64,000 nucleotides of DNA, taken from NCBI GenBank assembly GCA_037379345.1, contig CM074516.1:47281626-47345625 (forward strand). Reading direction: 5' to 3'. Positions 59,201-64,000 of the stretch are shown one piece after another (within the stretch, counting starts at the first letter, position 1; every line of letters begins with the position of its first letter). The stretch is from Perna viridis. Lineage: Eukaryota. Position numbers and translations under genes: made by a program. The notes beneath the pieces were generated by a model. That model was not told the origin of the DNA and did not search any database. It saw only the letters and a list, made by a program, of their open reading frames with translations.

Positions 59201-62099
59201 AGCAGGGAGGACAAAGTTTTCGAAAATCGATTTACGAAATGCATACCTGCAGTTGGAGGTCGATGAAAATCATCAGAAATACCTCACAATAAGCACAAGC
59301 TTGGGATTATTCCGCAATTTGGCAGTGCACAATTGATCAAATTCTATGTGGATTAAGTAGTGTTCAATGCATCCTTGATGACATGATAGTCACAGGTGAA
59401 ACTGAGGAGCAACATCTTGCTAACCTTGAGAATGTGTTGAAACGATTAAGTGAATATAATCTAAGAGCCAATCTTGATAAGTGTCAATTTTTCAAAGAGA
59501 GTGTGGAATATTGTGGTCACGTTATAGATTCAAGGGGATTGCATAAAATGTCAGATAAAGTTGAATCAGTGCTAAACACTCCAACACCTGAGAATACTAC
59601 TAAGCTAATAGCTTTCCTTGGATTGATAAATTATTATCACCGATTCTTACCTAACATTTCAACAGTGGTTAAAACGTTAACTCGACTGCTTGAAAAAGAT
59701 AGAAAATGGAGCTGGGATAAGCAATGTGAGTCTGCATTTCTCGAAGCGGAAAAGTTAGTGATATCCGACTTAGTACTATGTCATCATGATCCAAAGAAAG
59801 CGATCCGTCTTGCTTGCGATGCTTTGCCATGCTTTGCCATTCGGTGTTGGAGCCGCCCTTTCACATATGGGAGATGAAACTGAGCGTCCGATAGCATTTG
59901 CATTTCGTATGCTGACAAAATTTGTGCAAAACCGTTCTCAAATTGACAAAGAAGCGACTGCAATCATTTTGGGAGTCAATAAATTCCATACATACTTATT
60001 TGGTAGACATTTTACATTGATAACTGATCATATGCCTCTTGTGTCTGTTTTCAACCCTAAAAAGGGCATTTCATCAACTACAGTTTCCCGACTTCAGCGT
60101 TTTGCACTATTTCTTACTGGCTATGATTATGATATTGAATACAAAAACACTTAACTTCACCAGAATGCTGATGGGTTTGTCGCAACTGACGTATAAAAAT
60201 TCAGAGGACACTAAAGATGCCGTGGATTTGTTCTACACTGAACAAATAGAACAAGCTCCGATTAATAGTGCAGCCGTGCGAAGAGAAACCAATCAAGAAA
60301 CTGTATTAAGTAGAGTGTATGAGTTCATTATGACAGGATGGACAAAACCAGACGAAAAGTCAAGCATATTATACACGTCGTGACGAGCTTACTGTGCACC
60401 AAGGATGTATACTATGGGGAGTATGTGTCGTTATTCCGGTTCAACTTAGAAAGGAAGTGTTGGAATTACTACATTCAGGATACCCTGGTGTTGTAAAAAT
60501 GAAAGCTATTGCAAGAAGCTATGTATGGTGGCCAGGGATAGATGCCAATATTGAACATTTAGCTAAACAATGTAAAGGATGCCAGATGTTCACAAAGAAT
60601 CCACAAGCTGTGCCATTGCACCCGAGGGAATGGCCTACCACACCGTATGAAAGAATACACATTGACTTTGCAGGACCTTTTATGAACACTATGTTTCTAG
60701 TAATAGTCGATGCACATTCTAAGTGGCCTGGGGTGTTTATAATGAAATCAACTTAGTCGAAACAAACAATTGAAATCTTAAGAAAAGTATTTTCCAGAAA
60801 CTGAATTCCAAAGCAAATTGTCAGCGATAATGGTCCACAATTTGTGTCAGATGAATTTCGAAAATTTGTTTTATCAAATGGTATTAAACACCATTGCTGC
60901 ACATCGTATCACCCCGCTACCAACGGATTGGCTGAAAGGTTCATTTAAACTATGAAACAAAGTTTGTGTGCCATGTCGTCTCAATCAGTTTCACTAAATG
61001 TAAAATTGGCTCACTTTCTGATAACTTACCAAAACACGTCACACAGCACAACAAATAAAACATCACAGATATATGAGTACATTTACCTGTTACACCCTGC
61101 TCCAGTTTCTAATGATTTGTTCCTGAAAAAGATATACCAAAAATATTCAGTAGTGAAAAAACATCTGTTAATGTACTTTTGCTGGAAAAATCTCAGTTTA
61201 AAAGAAACTATGTATGGTATTATTCTTATTAGATTAACTATTACTTACATATTTTTTTTTTCAGTTTTGTATTCTAGACCATTTTTTCTCCTTCCCATGC
61301 AGTCGTATATTCTGTTGTCATGATGACCTACATTCCACTACGAAGGGACTTAATCATCAAGATATAGAATCTATCAGAATGACCCCTTCTTTTATGAGGT
61401 TAGATGTAGTTTTTTATACAGGTTATACCAAGCCAGGTTATGCAAAATAACCTGGTTTGCTCAAAGAAGGCCAACCAACCAATTAGAAGCTTGTTACAAA
61501 TCAAATTAAATTATATATACATAGACTTGAAACATGTATTGACATAAATTATTATTATAATGTATATATGTTTATGCTGACAACTTTAAAAGTAATATTT
61601 GGCTTTATTCTTGTGTTATGTAAACTCAGACTACTTGTACTAACATGTATTTTTTGTCCTTTTTATATATAATTGTCGCATGACTTTAATTTTTTATCAC
61701 TAGGCAGTGACTGATTTTTGAATAGCATATTAAATGTGTGTATATGTTTCATTCGATTTGTGACATTTTTTAAGTTATTATTTTATTATGAATCAAAATT
61801 ACAATAATTTACTAGTTCTTTTTCTAAAAAGAGCAGTGAGAATTTCAACCTATCATTATAGATGAAAATGGCAATGATAATTTTTTTCATAGAAAACAAA
61901 ATTATGCTTATTGTAATGCTGAATTGAATTAGCTCATCTTGTATGTTTGAATGTTTCAAGACTTTCCAAATGCTTATTTTTCATCACTAATAAGCACTGG
62001 TAATTAATTGATTTGGACCTTTTATTTTCTTACAGATTTGTTGAAGGCTGTCAACCTCAGCAACAGATTGATCTCTTAGAAAATGATGATTATACAAAG
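50270..62099 (+). CDS. ORC3: Origin recognition complex subunit 3, first 11 coding exons (continues beyond the window)
   Basis: Exons 50270-50296, 52198-52240, 52487-52581, 52997-53141, 53873-54033, 54720-54812, 55120-55256, 56334-56493, 57287-57400, 61265-61398 and 62036-62099, all in phase. Motifs SSVSKGCFAYK, EIPTAALVTGVNTPDH, VLQDFITVC, LPIVFVFGIATS and IFLYHDFSVLNFIKGLQ. Confidence 0.95.
54005..54348 (+). repeat. 40-bp tandem repeat spanning the ORC3 exon 5 donor, about 8.5 copies
   Basis: Unit TAGGCCAGTTACTACAGAACCCTGATTTGGTAAGTATTTA; the first copy is the true exon end. Confidence 0.95.
57560..61050 (+). mobile_element. Decayed Ty3/Gypsy LTR retrotransposon (Mag-like) in ORC3 intron 9
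   Basis: PBS-like TGGCGAC at 57607; gag from ATG 57703 (MFGYIGKIEAF, two zinc knuckles CYRCNGFNH and CFKCKKKGHIQKAC); protease MELDTGS near 58557; RT EWATPIV..CGDFK and CILDDMIVTG; RNase H LACDA; integrase ERIHIDFAGPF, IVSDNGPQF, YHPATNGLAERF. Many frameshifts and stops, 3' truncated, no 3' LTR seen. Confidence 0.93.
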
Positions 62100-62273
62100 G
62101 TTTGGTTTTTGATAATTGTCCATTCAAAAAAATAACTGTTCAGCTGTTGCATAGACTTGGTTTATATTTATATTGAAGTACCAATCAATATAAAATTCAG
62201 ACACTGCCAGTGAGAGAGGTGACTCAAGGTGCCAAAAAAACACCAAATAAATGATTTTTTTTTTTTTTATCTA

Positions 62274-63197
62274 CCATATTTTCCAGACTATAAGTCGACA
62301 TGGAGTATAAATCGAATTGCCCAATTTTGACCAAAATCTACGAATAAAACATACTTAAGTTGAAGGTCAGACGTGTGCATTTATATCATAGGTGTCAGCG
62401 GTTAAGCAGTTTATTTTCAATAGCATATTATTCCAGTGATGTTACTGAGTTTAATTTTTCTGAATTAAATTAATATGTGTTTTTGTTAAAGTGTACTTTG
62501 TACGTGAGTTCAATTATTTTTATTGAATGGCATGTCAATGGCTCTGAAGCCTTAGATCATCATGTGTACGAAATTGTAAACATGTCAAATGTGGGCAGCC
62601 ATGTGTGAAATAAGTGGGAAATTTGTTTGATGAATTGGTCATAATTACGAGCGGTAATTAATAAACAATATTACCTGGTATTACGAAATAAAGTAAAAAA
62701 TAATTGTTACCTGCAAATTTGGTTGCAATTAGCCACGTCGATAACACTTAAACAAATTATAATTTGCGCCACGTGTGAATGTGTTACAACATACCATAAC
62801 TGGTATAAATTTGCATATTGAAGGACCAATAACTCCAGAACATTCAATAATGTCTTTCCAGTTAAAGGAGTTTCGTTAATTTATCTTCTAGAGTTGTTTT
62901 AACGGTTTCAAATTTTCAGAGTTTTTATTAATATCGTCGTATTCATTCATAAAGGATGGCGGCAATGATCAATAATACTCGAAGTCAGTCGCTGGTTTGA
63001 CTGAGTGACGATTTCGTTGATTGCAGTTTACCAAAAATTTTGAATTAAAGCAATCAAAATTGAACTAAACAAATCTAAAGAAATGCTTTGTAGATAAACA
63101 TTTTTCCTTGAAAAATCCTTATTTAAGTCAAAGTAGATGATATGTCATGGCTGACACTTTGCTGAAAAAAATATTGACTCATAGTCTGGAAATACGG
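62274..63197. mobile_element. pogo/Tigger-like non-autonomous DNA transposon
   Basis: TA|CCATATTTTCCAGACTATAAGTC ... GACTCATAGTCTGGAAATACGG|TA. Confidence 0.75.
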
Positions 63198-63210
63198 TAC
63201 TTTGCCATAC

Positions 63211-63728
63211 TATTACCTCACCTGGCCGATTTTTCCTCTGACGCGACTTGAGCAATTAGAACCAAACTTATATGAATGTTCCTTAGGGTATTCTGCATAG
63301 AACTGATGTTGGGATTTTTAATCTGTCAGAAAACATGGCCACTTTTACTAGAAATAGACCATAGCAATCAGACAGAAGTTTTCTCATATATATGTATCTC
63401 TATACCTTTAAGTTTGGCCACATTCTTTCAATTGATGAAATGATCCTTTTTATAAAGCCTACAAAAGTCTTCAAGGGATCAAAGTTGTCTGACAACTTCT
63501 TGTTAGAGTTATTACCCTTGAAAAGTGAAAAATGATGAGTTGTTCTACACTTTTCAGCCAGTATCTTGAAAACTATGATAGACAGAAAGAAACTTTCAAT
63601 TGCAGAAGCAATCCTGATGATAAGTCTTACCAAAATCTTCGAGTCCAATTGTGGGACGACTCCTTGTTAGAGTTATAGAAAGGCAAAAATTTAACCAGGT
63701 GAGCGATTCTGGCTCCTGAAAGCCTCAT
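63211..63728 (+). mobile_element. HINE/Helentron-like non-autonomous element
   Basis: Sub-terminal inverted repeat CTCACCTGG...CCAGGTGAG followed by a short GGCT..AGCC stem-loop; the same 3' end occurs at about 829-865 (CCAGGTGAGCGATTCAGGCTGTCTTGAGCCTCTAGTT). Confidence 0.6.
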
Positions 63729-64000
63729 ATTATGTAACAGTAGTCTTTTACAAGTCAGTAGTTTGGGTAAAACCATACATTCTGATTCACCAAATCAACC
63801 AAATCATTAATGAGAACTCTTGCAACACCAATTTCATTTACAATCTATATTTTATGTCAATAGTGCAATTTTGTGTTTGTTTTTTTTTGGTTAATTAATG
63901 TTTCTGAATAAGAATAATAGGATGATTAATTGGATAGAGTGAATAACCAAATTTGATAATGAGTGCCAAAGAACACCTAGATTTAAAGAGTGTGCGGAAC

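Overview
Eukaryotic, AT-rich, intron-containing animal DNA. The repeat types (HINE/Helentron-like ends, TA-flanked MITEs, Mag-type Gypsy) suggest a bivalve mollusc; this is inference. Five protein-coding genes could be rebuilt by hand from GT-AG exons with consistent phases, in alternating orientation: the 3' end of SMARCAD1 (+, to 1503), an SH3BGR-family gene with a long Glu/Arg-rich tail (-, 25590..8642), lebercilin LCA5/LCA5L (+, 28919..40480), GET1/WRB (-, 49975..45325) and the 5' half of ORC3 (+, from 50270, running off the window). SH3BGR/LCA5 and GET1/ORC3 are head-to-head pairs. Introns hold a nested hAT element with a 6-bp TSD, several MITEs, a split LINE fragment, minisatellites and a decayed Gypsy element. 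Main findings: (1) the GET1-LCA5-SH3BGR order and orientation match the human 21q22 block; (2) the SH3BGR tail appears to be built from RBFOX-flagged cassette exons and microexons; (3) LCA5 has three paralogous small exons; (4) an ORC3 minisatellite has amplified a splice donor eight times; (5) the palindrome TACATGTA is strongly over-represented. No bacterial-type system, CRISPR array, rRNA or tRNA gene was seen. All coordinates were read by eye and may be off by a few bases.
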